The notes under the pieces are model-generated. The model made no database searches and had not been told where the DNA came from. It was given only the letters and a program-made list of their open reading frames with translations. A program made the position numbers and the translations under genes. This document shows positions 49,691 to 61,443 of a DNA stretch of 64,000 nucleotides, in pieces; the first letter of the stretch is position 1, and every line of letters starts with the position of its first letter. The stretch covers positions 1 to 64,000 of the forward strand of contig CDROCS010001622.1 of the NCBI GenBank assembly GCA_977020255.1, read 5' to 3'. Source of the DNA: Obrimoposthia wandeli. Taxonomy: Eukaryota.

Positions 49691-50209
49691 ATGTCAAGAA
49701 ATTTACATCAAAAAAGATACAACCATACCTTAGATTTTTTAAAACAAGTTTTACCTCCTCCTGCGAGAGTTTTGGATTTGGGTGTTAGAAATTCCTTTAC
49801 TGAAATAATGGAGCAAAATGGGTATACAGTATTTAATACTTCAGGTGAAGATTTAGATTTTGATCCAGAAATTGTTAAAAAATATAATGTAGATGCAGTT
49901 ACTTCTTTTGAAATATTTGAACATTTAATTTCTCCATTTGAAGTTTTAAGAGCAATTGAATGTGAGAAATTAATAACTACAATTCCACTAAATTTATGGT
50001 TTGCAAAAGCGTATCGAAGTAAAACAGATATGTGGGATAGACATTATCATGAATTTGAAGATTGGCAATTTGATTGGCTTTTAGAAAAATCGGGATGGAA
50101 TATTAAAACCACCAAAAAATGGACGAGCCCAATAAAAAAGATTGGTTTTAGACCTATTTTAAGAATGTTTACACCACGTTACTACGCTGTTTACGCTGAA
50201 AATTCTTGA
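49691..50209 (+). CDS. Class I SAM-dependent methyltransferase
   Basis: VLDLGV motif I, FEIFEHL. Confidence 0.8.
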   Translation: MSRNLHQKRYNHTLDFLKQVLPPPARVLDLGVRNSFTEIMEQNGYTVFNTSGEDLDFDPEIVKKYNVDAVTSFEIFEHLISPFEVLRAIECEKLITTIPLNLWFAKAYRSKTDMWDRHYHEFEDWQFDWLLEKSGWNIKTTKKWTSPIKKIGFRPILRMFTPRYYAVYAENS

Positions 50210-50210
50210 T

Positions 50211-51398
50211 ATGCGTATTGGAATGATTTTAGATAAAACTTTTCCACCTGATCCAAGGGTTGAAAATGAGGCAATTTCATTAATTGAAAAAGGTCATAAA
50301 GTATTTCTGTTTTGTTTGAAGTATGATGATAGTGATTCTGAGGTTGTTATAAATAAAATTGAAGTTAAAAGATACCAATCTAATAAATTGGAATATAAAT
50401 TATCTGCGCTGGTATATACTTTTCCGTTTTATACCTTTTTGATGAAACGTAAAATAATTCATTTTTTAAAGAAGTTTAAAATTGAAGCAATCCACATTCA
50501 CGATATTAGAATAGCAGATGCAGTTTTTAAAGCGAATAAAAATATTGGTTTGCCTACTGTGTTAGATTTGCACGATAATATGCCTGAAATTATTAAATTA
50601 TATCCACATCTTCAAAAATTCCCTGGGAAGCAATTGATTTCACCAAAAAAATGGAAAATAAAAGAAGAGCAGTTTATAAAAAAGGCAACTAAAGTAATTA
50701 CAGTATCACAAGAGTTTATTGAAGAGGTTATAGGTAGAACTAAAATTGACAGAGATAAAATTGTGCTTGTTCCCAATACAATTCATCAATCATTTTATAA
50801 ACAAGCAATACTAGAGAATTCAATTATTGAAAAATATAAAAATGACTTTGTAATTTTATATTTAGGAGATACCGGATTAAGAAGAGGATTGCAAACAGCC
50901 ATAAATGCGATACCAATATTGAAAAATATAATTCCTACTATTAAACTTGTAATTGTTGGGGTTAATACTACAGATGAGATTCTTAAAAAGGATGTAAAAC
51001 GTTTGAAAATTGAAGATTATGTAAATTTTGAAGGTTGGCAAAATGTAAGCTTATTTCCATCATATATAAAATCTAGCAATGTATGTATATCTCCATTGCA
51101 TAGAAATATTCAGCACGATGTGGCGTATGCAAATAAATTATTTCAATATATGAGCTTTAAAAAGCCTCTATTGGTTAGTAATGCCATTGCACAGAAAAAT
51201 TTGATTGAAAAAACAAATTCAGGATTGGTTCATTTGGAACGAGATTCTAACGATTTTGCTGAAAAAATAACAAAATTGTATGAAGATAATGAGATGTGTG
51301 ACCTTTTGGGTGAAAATGGAAAACGTTTTGTAGAAGAAGAGTTTTGTTGGGAGAAAACTTCAAAAAAGTTAATAGATTTATATTCAAATTTAAACTAA
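50211..51398 (+). CDS. GT4 glycosyltransferase
   Basis: FPPDPRVENEA, NKLFQYMSFKKP. Confidence 0.88.
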   Translation: MRIGMILDKTFPPDPRVENEAISLIEKGHKVFLFCLKYDDSDSEVVINKIEVKRYQSNKLEYKLSALVYTFPFYTFLMKRKIIHFLKKFKIEAIHIHDIRIADAVFKANKNIGLPTVLDLHDNMPEIIKLYPHLQKFPGKQLISPKKWKIKEEQFIKKATKVITVSQEFIEEVIGRTKIDRDKIVLVPNTIHQSFYKQAILENSIIEKYKNDFVILYLGDTGLRRGLQTAINAIPILKNIIPTIKLVIVGVNTTDEILKKDVKRLKIEDYVNFEGWQNVSLFPSYIKSSNVCISPLHRNIQHDVAYANKLFQYMSFKKPLLVSNAIAQKNLIEKTNSGLVHLERDSNDFAEKITKLYEDNEMCDLLGENGKRFVEEEFCWEKTSKKLIDLYSNLN

Positions 51399-52675
51399 TG
51401 AAAAAAGCGCTAATAATAACTTATTATTGGCCCCCTGCTGGAGGTTCAGGTGTTCAAAGATGGCTTAAGTTTGTAAAATATTTTAGAGATTTCAATATTG
51501 AACCTGTTGTTTATACTGTCGATAATCCTAGTTATCCAATTGAAGATTTATCTCTTGTAAATGAAATTCCAGATACTATTAAAATATTAAAGCAACCTAT
51601 TTGGGAGCCTAATGATATTTTTTCTTTTTTTGGTAAAAAGAAGTCTGAAAGTGCAGGTTTTTTAAATCCAAACCCATCTATTTTTGGAAAATTACTGCAG
51701 TATATAAGAGCTAATTATTTTATTCCAGACGCAAGAAAGTTTTGGATAAAACCATCCATAAATTTTTTAAAAGAGTATTTAAAAGAAAATTCTATTGATG
51801 TTGTAATTACCACAGGACCACCACATAGTATGCATTTAATTGGATTAGGTTTAAAACAAGATTTGAATGTAAAATGGATTGCAGATTTTAGAGATCCTTG
51901 GACTGAAATTGATTATTTTCATCAATTGCCTTTAAATAAAAAGGCTATTAAGAAACATCATTCTTTAGAGCAAGAAGTTTTAAAAAATGCAGATGCAGTT
52001 TTGGTTGTTGGAGATACAATGAAAGAGAAATACGATGCGTTTAATGATAATGTAATTACAGTTACTAATGGTTTTGATGGAGAGATTGTTAATGCAGAAG
52101 TTAAGTTAGATACTAAGTTTACATTAACGCATATTGGGTTAATGAATGCTGACAGGAACCCAGAAATGTTGTGGGAGATTTTAGCAGAAATCATTGAAGA
52201 AAATAAAGAATTTTCAAGAGATTTTAATTTAAATTTAGTTGGAAAAATTGATAATTCTATTTCACAAAAAATTTCAAGATATAAACTTTCAAATAATTCT
52301 ACAATTGTAAAGTACTTATCACATAAAGATGTAATTGATTATCAGAAAAAATCCCAAGTTTTGTTATTAATAGTTAATAATGTTCCTAGTTCAAAAGGGA
52401 TTATAACAGGTAAAATATTTGAATATTTAATGGCTAAAAGACCAATTTTAGCAATTGCACCCGAAAATGGAGATTTAGCTCATATAATAAATGAAACAAA
52501 TAGTGGAACAGTAATTGGCTTTGGTCAAAAAAGTCTACTTAAAAAAAGTATATTAGATTTGTATTTAAAATATAAGCAAGGTTTATTGCAGGTTGAATCT
52601 AAAAATATTGCTCAGTTTCATAGAAAAGAGTTAACAAAAAAAGTTGCAGGTATAATTAATAAAATTACGAAATGA
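51398..52675 (+). CDS. GT4 glycosyltransferase
   Basis: ITYYWPPAGGSGVQRWLK, TTGPPHS, ADFRDPW, GKIFEYL; ATG at 51398 (TAATG coupling) preferred over TTG 51344. Confidence 0.88.
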   Translation: MKKALIITYYWPPAGGSGVQRWLKFVKYFRDFNIEPVVYTVDNPSYPIEDLSLVNEIPDTIKILKQPIWEPNDIFSFFGKKKSESAGFLNPNPSIFGKLLQYIRANYFIPDARKFWIKPSINFLKEYLKENSIDVVITTGPPHSMHLIGLGLKQDLNVKWIADFRDPWTEIDYFHQLPLNKKAIKKHHSLEQEVLKNADAVLVVGDTMKEKYDAFNDNVITVTNGFDGEIVNAEVKLDTKFTLTHIGLMNADRNPEMLWEILAEIIEENKEFSRDFNLNLVGKIDNSISQKISRYKLSNNSTIVKYLSHKDVIDYQKKSQVLLLIVNNVPSSKGIITGKIFEYLMAKRPILAIAPENGDLAHIINETNSGTVIGFGQKSLLKKSILDLYLKYKQGLLQVESKNIAQFHRKELTKKVAGIINKITK

Positions 52676-53751
52676 AAAAAATTGTAACAGTTTTAGGAGC
52701 TAGACCTCAATTTGTTAAGGCTGCTGTTTTAAGTAGGGTTATTAATAAGTATAATGATATTGAAGAAGTAATTGTTCATACAGGTCAACATTATGATTCT
52801 AATATGAGTGCTATTTTCTTTGAAGAAATGAGCATTCCAAAACCAAAATATAATTTAGCAATTAATGGTTTAGGTCATGGTGCAATGACCGGTCAAATGT
52901 TGGAGAAAATTGAAGAGGTTTTAAAACTTGAGAAACCTGAAATTGTTGTAGTTTATGGAGATACAAATTCTACAATGGCAGGAGCACTTGCTGCAAAAAA
53001 GATGGATATTAAGGTCGTTCATATTGAAGCTGGTTTAAGATCTTTTAATATGAAAATGCCAGAAGAAATAAATAGAATTTTAACTGATAGAATTTCTGAT
53101 TTATTGATTTGCCCAACAGATTCTGCAATTGAGAACTTGAAGAAAGAGGGGTTTGATAACTTACCTAACAAGGTTGTGAAATCGGGTGATATTATGAAAG
53201 ATTCAGTTGAGTTTTATGGAAAAATTTCATCAAAAAAATCTACTATAATTTCAGATTTAAATCTTACCAAAAATGAATTTGTTTTGGCAACTATTCATAG
53301 ACAAGAAAATACGGATACTATTCAAAATTTGAAATCTATTTTTGATGGTTTAGAAAAAATTAATAATCAGAAAAGGGTTGTACTTCCGTTGCATCCTAGA
53401 ACAAAAGCCATTCTTAAAAAACACAATTTAAAATACAATATTGAAGTAATTGAGCCAATTGGTTATTTTGATATGTTAGAATTGTTAAAAAACTGTAATT
53501 TAGTAATAACTGATAGTGGAGGTCTTCAAAAGGAAGCTTTTTTTAATAAAAAACATTGTATAATTGCGCGTGAAGAAACTGAATGGATTGAATTAGTTTC
53601 TAATGGTTTTGCTAAAATAGTTGGAAGTAATACAAATAATATGATTGATGCATTTGAAAATTATCAAAATTCTAAATTAGATTTTAATATGGATCTTTAT
53701 GGTAACGAAATAGGGGAAAAGATATATTCTGAAATTATTAAATTAACTTAA
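52672..53751 (+). CDS. wecB: UDP-N-acetylglucosamine 2-epimerase (non-hydrolysing)
   Basis: GARPQFVK, HTGQHYD, YGDTNST, HIEAGLRS, PEEINR, TDSGGLQKEA. Confidence 0.95.
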   Translation: MKKIVTVLGARPQFVKAAVLSRVINKYNDIEEVIVHTGQHYDSNMSAIFFEEMSIPKPKYNLAINGLGHGAMTGQMLEKIEEVLKLEKPEIVVVYGDTNSTMAGALAAKKMDIKVVHIEAGLRSFNMKMPEEINRILTDRISDLLICPTDSAIENLKKEGFDNLPNKVVKSGDIMKDSVEFYGKISSKKSTIISDLNLTKNEFVLATIHRQENTDTIQNLKSIFDGLEKINNQKRVVLPLHPRTKAILKKHNLKYNIEVIEPIGYFDMLELLKNCNLVITDSGGLQKEAFFNKKHCIIAREETEWIELVSNGFAKIVGSNTNNMIDAFENYQNSKLDFNMDLYGNEIGEKIYSEIIKLT

Positions 53752-55205
53752 TGGGAATTGTTTTAAAACAATCTTTTAATAATACAGTAATTCTTTTCTT
53801 GGGATTTGCTGTTGGTGGTGTTAATACATTGTTTTTGTTTACACATTTTCTACATGAAGACTATTATGGATTAATTACATTTTTACTTTCAACGGCTGTT
53901 ATTATTTCACCATTATTGGTTTTTGGAATGCAACATACTATTATTAAGTATTATTCATCGTATAAAACAAAAACTGAAAAAGATGGTTTTTTAGTAGCTA
54001 CAATTATAATTCCTTTAGTAGTTATTATTCCTTTGGGGTTGATAGGAGTTTATTTATATGGAACTATTGCAAATTGGCTTTCTTCAGAAAATATTTTGAT
54101 TAAAAATTATACATGGTTAATTTTTGTTATAGCCATTTTTATGGGTTATTTTGAAGTGTTTTATGCTTGGACAAAAGTTCATTTTAATTCAGTTTTTGGT
54201 AATTTTATTAAAGAAGTATTTGGTCGAGTTTGTATTTCAATATTGTTGATTTCATTGTATTTAAATTGGTTAACAAATGAAGAGTTTATATATGCTGTAG
54301 TAATTGTTTATGGTTTAAAAGTGTTAGTTATGAGTGGCTATGCACTTTATGTTTGTAGCCCAAAATTTATTTTTAAAGTTCCACATAACATTAAAGAAAT
54401 AGTATCTTTTTCATTTTACATAATTGTTGCAGGTTCTGCTGCAGGTATTTTAACTGAAATTGATAAATTTATGATTCCTCAACTTGAACAAATTGCTCAA
54501 GTTGCATATTACTCTGTGGGTGTTTATATTGCAAATGTTGTTGGGATACCTTCAAGAGCAATGCAACAGATTACAACTCCAATTACAGCAAAAGATATGA
54601 ACGATAACAATATTGGTGATGTTGAAAAACTGTACAAACAAACATCAATAAATTTATTAATAATTGGAGGCTTATTATTTTTGCTAATTAACTTAAATAT
54701 TGTTGATTTATATGAAATTATTAATAAGCCCGAGTTTACAAAAGGATTAGGAATTGTAATTATTATGTCAATAGCAAAGTTAATGGAGTTAGCTTTAGGT
54801 ACCGGTAATGCTATCTTATTAAATTCTAAATATTATAAAATATTTTTCTACCTGTCGCTTGCAATGGCAATAAGTGTCATTATATTAAATAAATGGCTAA
54901 TAGATTTAGATGGAATAAATGGTGCTGCATTGGCAACATTAATAGTGGTTATTATTTATAGCAATATTAAAATATTGTATATAAATGCAAAATTAAAAAT
55001 TCAACCTTTTGGTATTGGAACTGTAAAAATTATTGGAATTATAAGTTTATTATTTTTAGCGTTTTATTTTTTGAATTTTTCGTTTCATCCAATTATAAAT
55101 ATACTTTTGAAGAGTGTATTAATTTCTTTGATATATTTATTTCTAATTAAAAAATTAAAAATATCAAAAGACATTAATGAATTAATAGAGAGGTATATAA
55201 GTTAG
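53751..55205 (+). CDS. Polysaccharide flippase (Wzx/MOP superfamily)
   Basis: MGIVLKQS start, many TM helices, EIDKFMI, YSVG. Confidence 0.85.
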   Translation: MGIVLKQSFNNTVILFLGFAVGGVNTLFLFTHFLHEDYYGLITFLLSTAVIISPLLVFGMQHTIIKYYSSYKTKTEKDGFLVATIIIPLVVIIPLGLIGVYLYGTIANWLSSENILIKNYTWLIFVIAIFMGYFEVFYAWTKVHFNSVFGNFIKEVFGRVCISILLISLYLNWLTNEEFIYAVVIVYGLKVLVMSGYALYVCSPKFIFKVPHNIKEIVSFSFYIIVAGSAAGILTEIDKFMIPQLEQIAQVAYYSVGVYIANVVGIPSRAMQQITTPITAKDMNDNNIGDVEKLYKQTSINLLIIGGLLFLLINLNIVDLYEIINKPEFTKGLGIVIIMSIAKLMELALGTGNAILLNSKYYKIFFYLSLAMAISVIILNKWLIDLDGINGAALATLIVVIIYSNIKILYINAKLKIQPFGIGTVKIIGIISLLFLAFYFLNFSFHPIINILLKSVLISLIYLFLIKKLKISKDINELIERYIS

Positions 55206-55209
55206 AAAT

Positions 55210-55245
55210 AAAAAGCCCCTAAAACACGAATTTAGAGGCTTTTTT
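55210..55245 (+). terminator. Intrinsic terminator of the polysaccharide operon
   Basis: AAAAAGCC-C-CTAAA / TTTAG-A-GGCTTTTT hairpin with T tail. Confidence 0.75.
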
Positions 55246-55399
55246 GGATAAATTAGAAAAATCTAAATTATCAACAGTTCAAATTTTAATCAAATCTTAG
55301 ATCAAAAATAAGCGTTTTTAAGCGGTTTTATTGTAATTATTGTTACGGAACTAAGTCGAAGTAAAATAATATATTCGAAAAAAAATTAAAAGTATTGTT

Positions 55400-56014
55400 A
55401 TGAGTTATGCACTTCATGTTTTTTATGGGTTGGTAATGGCATATTTGGGATTAATTTCTCCCGGAATGTTAAATATGACCGCTCTTAAAATTAGAATTAA
55501 TTCCAATAAAAAAGACAGTATTAAATTTTCCATAGGAGCTTCAATAATTGTTTTTTTTCAAGCTGGAATTGCATTGTTTTTTGCAGATTATTTTGCTGGA
55601 AACCCAAAGGTTATTGAAAATTTGAAGATAGCAGGAGTAGTTATGTTTTTTATATTATCAATTTTTTTCTTTTTCTTATCAAGAAAGAAGATGAACTTGA
55701 AAGTTAAAAAAGGGAGTAAAAATTACTTGTTGAGAGGTATGGGAATGTCTTTTATAAATATGTTGGCAATTCCATTTTATTTGGGTGTATCTCTATATTT
55801 GGTGTCAATAAATAAAATTATTACTGAGCAACCATTTATTTTGTTATTTGTAATTGGAGCTGTCATTGGCTCATTTTTATTGTTTTACACCTATATTATT
55901 TTTGCTAAAATAATTATGAAAAGACTCTCTTTTATCGCTACTAACATAAACATTGTGCTGAGTATATTATTTTTAATATTGGGAGTTGTACTTTTGATAA
56001 AAATATTGCCATAA
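55400..56014 (+). CDS. LysE family exporter
   Basis: GLISPGMLNMTA (LysE PGP-like motif), about 6 TM helices. Confidence 0.75.
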   Translation: MSYALHVFYGLVMAYLGLISPGMLNMTALKIRINSNKKDSIKFSIGASIIVFFQAGIALFFADYFAGNPKVIENLKIAGVVMFFILSIFFFFLSRKKMNLKVKKGSKNYLLRGMGMSFINMLAIPFYLGVSLYLVSINKIITEQPFILLFVIGAVIGSFLLFYTYIIFAKIIMKRLSFIATNINIVLSILFLILGVVLLIKILP

Positions 56015-56048
56015 AATTTTTATATTTGCTAAACCTAGAAGTTAAAAT

Positions 56049-56543
56049 ATGATTGAAGCTATTGAGAAAAACTTATTGAGAGGAATTAATTTATTAAAAT
56101 GTATTTCGGATAAAGAATATAGTAATACAACAATAGCTCCATATTATTCAAGTATTGGAGGTCATATGCGTCATGTTTTAGATGTTTTTGATTGTGTTTT
56201 TTACGGTTTGCCAAACGATGATATAAACTTAATTAACAGAAAGCGTAATGAACTTGCTGAACAATACACTAAAAATGGAATTGAATACTTTGAAAATGTT
56301 TTACGTAATCTTCAAAAATTAAAGAATGAAGATTTTGATAGAATAGTAAAAGTAACTGATGATTTAGGGATGGGTGTGGTTACAGCAAATTATACTTTGG
56401 CAGCAATTTTAATACAAGCGCATAGTCACTCAATACATCATTTTGCAAGTATTGGTTATGTTATTTCACAATTAGGAATAAAATTACCAGATGAAGATTT
56501 TGGATTTAATCCTACAACTCCTCGAACTAAAGTTAATAGCTAG
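56049..56543 (+). CDS. DinB family protein
   Basis: SSIGGHMRHVLD and HSIHH metal-binding His; TATATTTG at 56021-56028. Confidence 0.85.
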   Translation: MIEAIEKNLLRGINLLKCISDKEYSNTTIAPYYSSIGGHMRHVLDVFDCVFYGLPNDDINLINRKRNELAEQYTKNGIEYFENVLRNLQKLKNEDFDRIVKVTDDLGMGVVTANYTLAAILIQAHSHSIHHFASIGYVISQLGIKLPDEDFGFNPTTPRTKVNS

Positions 56544-57591
56544 AAGATAAATCACTAACTTTTTTTAAGTATTTTTTATAGTCAAAATATAAATTTATGA
56601 AGTATTTTAAATTTGTAAATGAACTATTGTTTAGCTTTTTATTCTGAATTCCAATTTGATAGATTATTTTCCAATGGTTTTTAATTGCTTTTAAAGCTTT
56701 AAAATAAGTTCCATTGTTTGCGTCATAAATATGAGTTGGCTCAGAAATAATTCCATTTATTTCAATAATTTTTAAATTTTCACCTCTTAGTAATTCATCA
56801 AAACTATTGTATTTTATATCTACTCGACCATAATACCAGCCGGGTATTTCGTTATTTAATGTATCGAAAAATTTATTTAATTCCTGACTAATTAACTGAT
56901 TTCCGTTTATAAATTGTGTTCCTTTAGAATGATTTCCAATCATACTAAGAATAACATTTTTATCTTTTGAAGGAATTGTATTAAGCTTGTCTTTATTTAA
57001 TTCAGAAATTAAATCAACATATTTACTGGCTCTTTCATCATTTAAAATTAATTCAAGTAGGGTAGAGGATCCATCCCCTGTGATAGTTAAATATTTTTTT
57101 AATGTAATTGATGTTATTTCGCCACATTTAGAATTTGGCAATCTATAATAAAATATGCCACATTCATTTTTATGTTCAATAAATTCTTGAATAATTAAAT
57201 TTATTGAATTGTATTTTTTTAAATAATCTTTGAGTTCATTCTCAGCGTTTATTTTTTTAACTAATAAACCTCTAAACCCTATATCTGGCTTAATTATTAG
57301 TGGATATGTTATATTTTCTTTTATTAGTTTTGGTGAAATTTGAGTTAAATTGGCTCCAATTTCTAAAATAATTGTTTTTGGTTTGTATTTTTCAGGTAAC
57401 AATTGAATTGTTTGATACTTTGATTCTAATCCGTTTCCTGATCCCTCAATTGCTGGATTTACAGCTGAGAAAAATCCAAAACTTCTAGATTTTATAGCTA
57501 AAATAAAGGCATAAGGCACTACAGGTATATAAAACATATAGGAAGGCCAATATTCCCAATTTGTAAACTTTTTTAAATTAAATATTCTCAT
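56533..57591 (-). CDS. ATP-grasp protein (D-Ala-D-Ala ligase-like, not the housekeeping Ddl)
   Basis: WEYWP, NPAI, IIKPDIGFRG, IIQEF, GNHSKG, YGRVDI, EING...EPTHIYD. Confidence 0.8.
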   Translation of the reverse strand: MRIFNLKKFTNWEYWPSYMFYIPVVPYAFILAIKSRSFGFFSAVNPAIEGSGNGLESKYQTIQLLPEKYKPKTIILEIGANLTQISPKLIKENITYPLIIKPDIGFRGLLVKKINAENELKDYLKKYNSINLIIQEFIEHKNECGIFYYRLPNSKCGEITSITLKKYLTITGDGSSTLLELILNDERASKYVDLISELNKDKLNTIPSKDKNVILSMIGNHSKGTQFINGNQLISQELNKFFDTLNNEIPGWYYGRVDIKYNSFDELLRGENLKIIEINGIISEPTHIYDANNGTYFKALKAIKNHWKIIYQIGIQNKKLNNSSFTNLKYFINLYFDYKKYLKKVSDLSSSY

Positions 57592-57815
57592 TAGTCTTTG
57601 TTAAAAAAAGCATTTAAAATTATTTTTAAACCTATAAAACCTAATATAATTGCTGTGAGAGCAATTATAATTCCTAAAAGGAGCCATAGATAGTTGTTTT
57701 GTTGTTTAACTGCTTTAAACCCTATTGTAATCAGTATAGGCCCCACAATTAATAATGGTAAAGCTGCAAGTTCATACTTAACACCTCTAAATAGTTCTTT
57801 TTTGTTTGTTCCCAT
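57591..57815 (-). CDS. DUF6095 family small membrane protein
   Basis: TNKKELFRGVKY...GPILITIGFK, two TM helices. Confidence 0.8.
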   Translation of the reverse strand: MGTNKKELFRGVKYELAALPLLIVGPILITIGFKAVKQQNNYLWLLLGIIIALTAIILGFIGLKIILNAFFNKD

Positions 57816-57949
57816 TTATAAATTATTTCTAACAGTCTGTCGTATAAATACGTAGTTTCTTTCTAAAACTATTAAATTTTTCAGGTATTATTCAAAAATA
57901 AGAAAATGTACTATTTATATGTAGTTTATTGTTGATTTATTTGAAAATA

Positions 57950-57981
57950 AAAAAAGCGAGAAGATATCTTCTCGCTTTTTT
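57950..57981. terminator. icd terminator, 32-bp perfect palindrome
   Basis: aaaaaagcgagaagat|atcttctcgctttttt. Confidence 0.88.
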
Positions 57982-58010
57982 AAAGGTTTGCTATGTATTT
58001 AATTTAAAAA

Positions 58011-60251
<2,241 letters not shown>

Positions 60252-60319
60252 TTATAGGACTATAAGTCACATTATTTAAGGTAATTATAGTGCTATCTAT
60301 TAATTTAATTTAAGCTTAA

Positions 60320-60327
60320 CAAATATA
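60320..60327 (-). promoter_or_regulatory. Sigma-A -7 element (TATATTTG) for icd
   Basis: caaatata on the + strand. Confidence 0.55.
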
Positions 60328-60432
60328 CTAAATATTGATGGAAAAATTGATTGTTAAAATGCGATAAATTGATGTAATATTTCATCATTTAAATAATAAA
60401 ATTGGCACATTTTATGATGTCAATAATTGGAA

Positions 60433-60478
60433 GAAAAAACAAAAGCCATCATATTGATTTCTCAGTATCATGGCTTTT
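60433..60478 (-). terminator. Intrinsic terminator with GAAA tetraloop
   Basis: Minus strand AAAAGCCAT-G-ATACTGA-GAAA-TCAATAT-G-ATGGCTTTT-GTTTTTT. Confidence 0.75.
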
Positions 60479-60543
60479 TGCTGAATTGAATTTTTATTAA
60501 GTTTTCAAACAACTTAATCACCTCAGGCTATTCTTAAAAAAGA

Positions 60544-60615
60544 TCACCAGTAACTAAGCATTTTTGAAACTTGTTGTTTCTTACGAACGAACTTCTTAAT
60601 AAATTTTCGTTTCAT
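60544..60615 (-). CDS. Candidate 23-aa basic small protein MKRKFIKKFVRKKQQVSKMLSYW
   Basis: Manual translation; T/A-rich pre-ATG context (ttttattttaa); lies between a promoter and a terminator. Confidence 0.35.
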   Translation of the reverse strand: MKRKFIKKFVRKKQQVSKMLSYW

Positions 60616-60950
60616 TTAAAATAAAACATAAAACTTTGTTGTAGTTTATTCAAACTCCTTGCTTTAACGAATTATTTTAAATCTGCTTTTAAAACTTTGT
60701 CTCCATTTATTCATGCTAAACACTTGGCTACATTACTATCTAAAGTTAAGTTTTAAAAACGATGTTCAAGAACATTTAGAATTTCACAACGATTATTTAG
60801 TAGTACTTCAAAATTTTCATTTTTAGGTTTTACCTATATCTCTCTGTTAATTCTTTTGTAAATTAAATACAGAAAAAACTAATTTGCAAATTTATAATAG
60901 GTTAGTTTTGAATAAGTTATGAACTTTGGTTATTAACAATTGTTAACAAC

Positions 60951-60985
60951 AAAAAACCCGTTTTGAATAACAAAACGGGTTTTTT
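60951..60985 (-). terminator. rplS terminator
   Basis: AAAAAACCCGTTTTG-AATAA-CAAAACGGGTTTTTT perfect 15-bp stem. Confidence 0.9.
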
Positions 60986-61004
60986 AATTTTATCTAAGAG
61001 TAGA

Positions 61005-61355
61005 TTAACGTCTTTTCTCTGAGATTCTAGCTTTTTTACCAGTTAAACCTCTAAAGTAGAAAATACGTGCTCTACGTACTCTACCGTGTTTGTTAACTTC
61101 AATTTTTTGAATTGCAGGTAAATTTACTGGGAAAATACGTTCAACACCAACAGTTCCAGATATTTTTCTAATTGTAAATGTTTCAGAAGCTCCTGCTCCT
61201 CTACGTTGAATTACAACACCTCTAAAAAACTGTGTACGTGTTTTTTCACCTTCTCTAATTTCGTAATAAACTGTAATAGTATCTCCAGATTGAAACTGAG
61301 GAAACTCATTTTTAGCTACATACTCGTCTTGTACAAATTTTACTAAATCTTCCAT
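61005..61355 (-). CDS. rplS: 50S ribosomal protein L19 (bL19)
   Basis: FQSGDTITVYYEIREG, TFTIRKISGTVGVERIFP, GRVRRARIFY; start reassigned to ATG 61355 (MEDLVKF). Confidence 0.98.
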   Translation of the reverse strand: MEDLVKFVQDEYVAKNEFPQFQSGDTITVYYEIREGEKTRTQFFRGVVIQRRGAGASETFTIRKISGTVGVERIFPVNLPAIQKIEVNKHGRVRRARIFYFRGLTGKKARISEKRR

Positions 61356-61380
61356 TTTTGATTTTATAATACATTTTTCA

Positions 61381-61433
61381 ATGACCAACATTCACGATTT
61401 TCGTCAGAGGTTAATTTTGAGGTTGCAAATTTA
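61381..61433 (-). promoter_or_regulatory. rplS promoter and probable L19-Flavobacteria ribosomal leader
   Basis: TAAATTTG at 61426-61433; GC-richer 5'UTR AACCTCTGACGAAAATCGTGAATGTTGG with an ACGA-AAA-TCGT hairpin, resembling my recollection of the described motif. Confidence 0.55.
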
Positions 61434-61443
61434 GTAAAAAATA

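Larger units (their letters stand above)
60433..60894 (-). ncRNA. Candidate ~450-nt orphan transcript (sRNA, small-ORF mRNA or icd leader)
   Basis: TAAATTTG -7 box at 60887-60894, terminator at 60433-60478, no ORF of 60 aa or more. Confidence 0.4.

Noticed and set aside
55308-55325. ATAAGCGT (reverse complement of the LytTR repeat core) upstream of the LysE gene
   Set aside because: The second copy is only about 10 bp away rather than 21, and the orientation is opposite to that expected
60370-60387. TGATG-N8-CATCA inverted repeat upstream of the icd promoter
   Set aside because: Only 5-bp arms in very AT-rich DNA; no second instance seen
60403-60418. TGGCAC...ATGA sigma-54-like motif on the + strand
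   Set aside because: Poor -12 box and nothing downstream except the terminator hairpin
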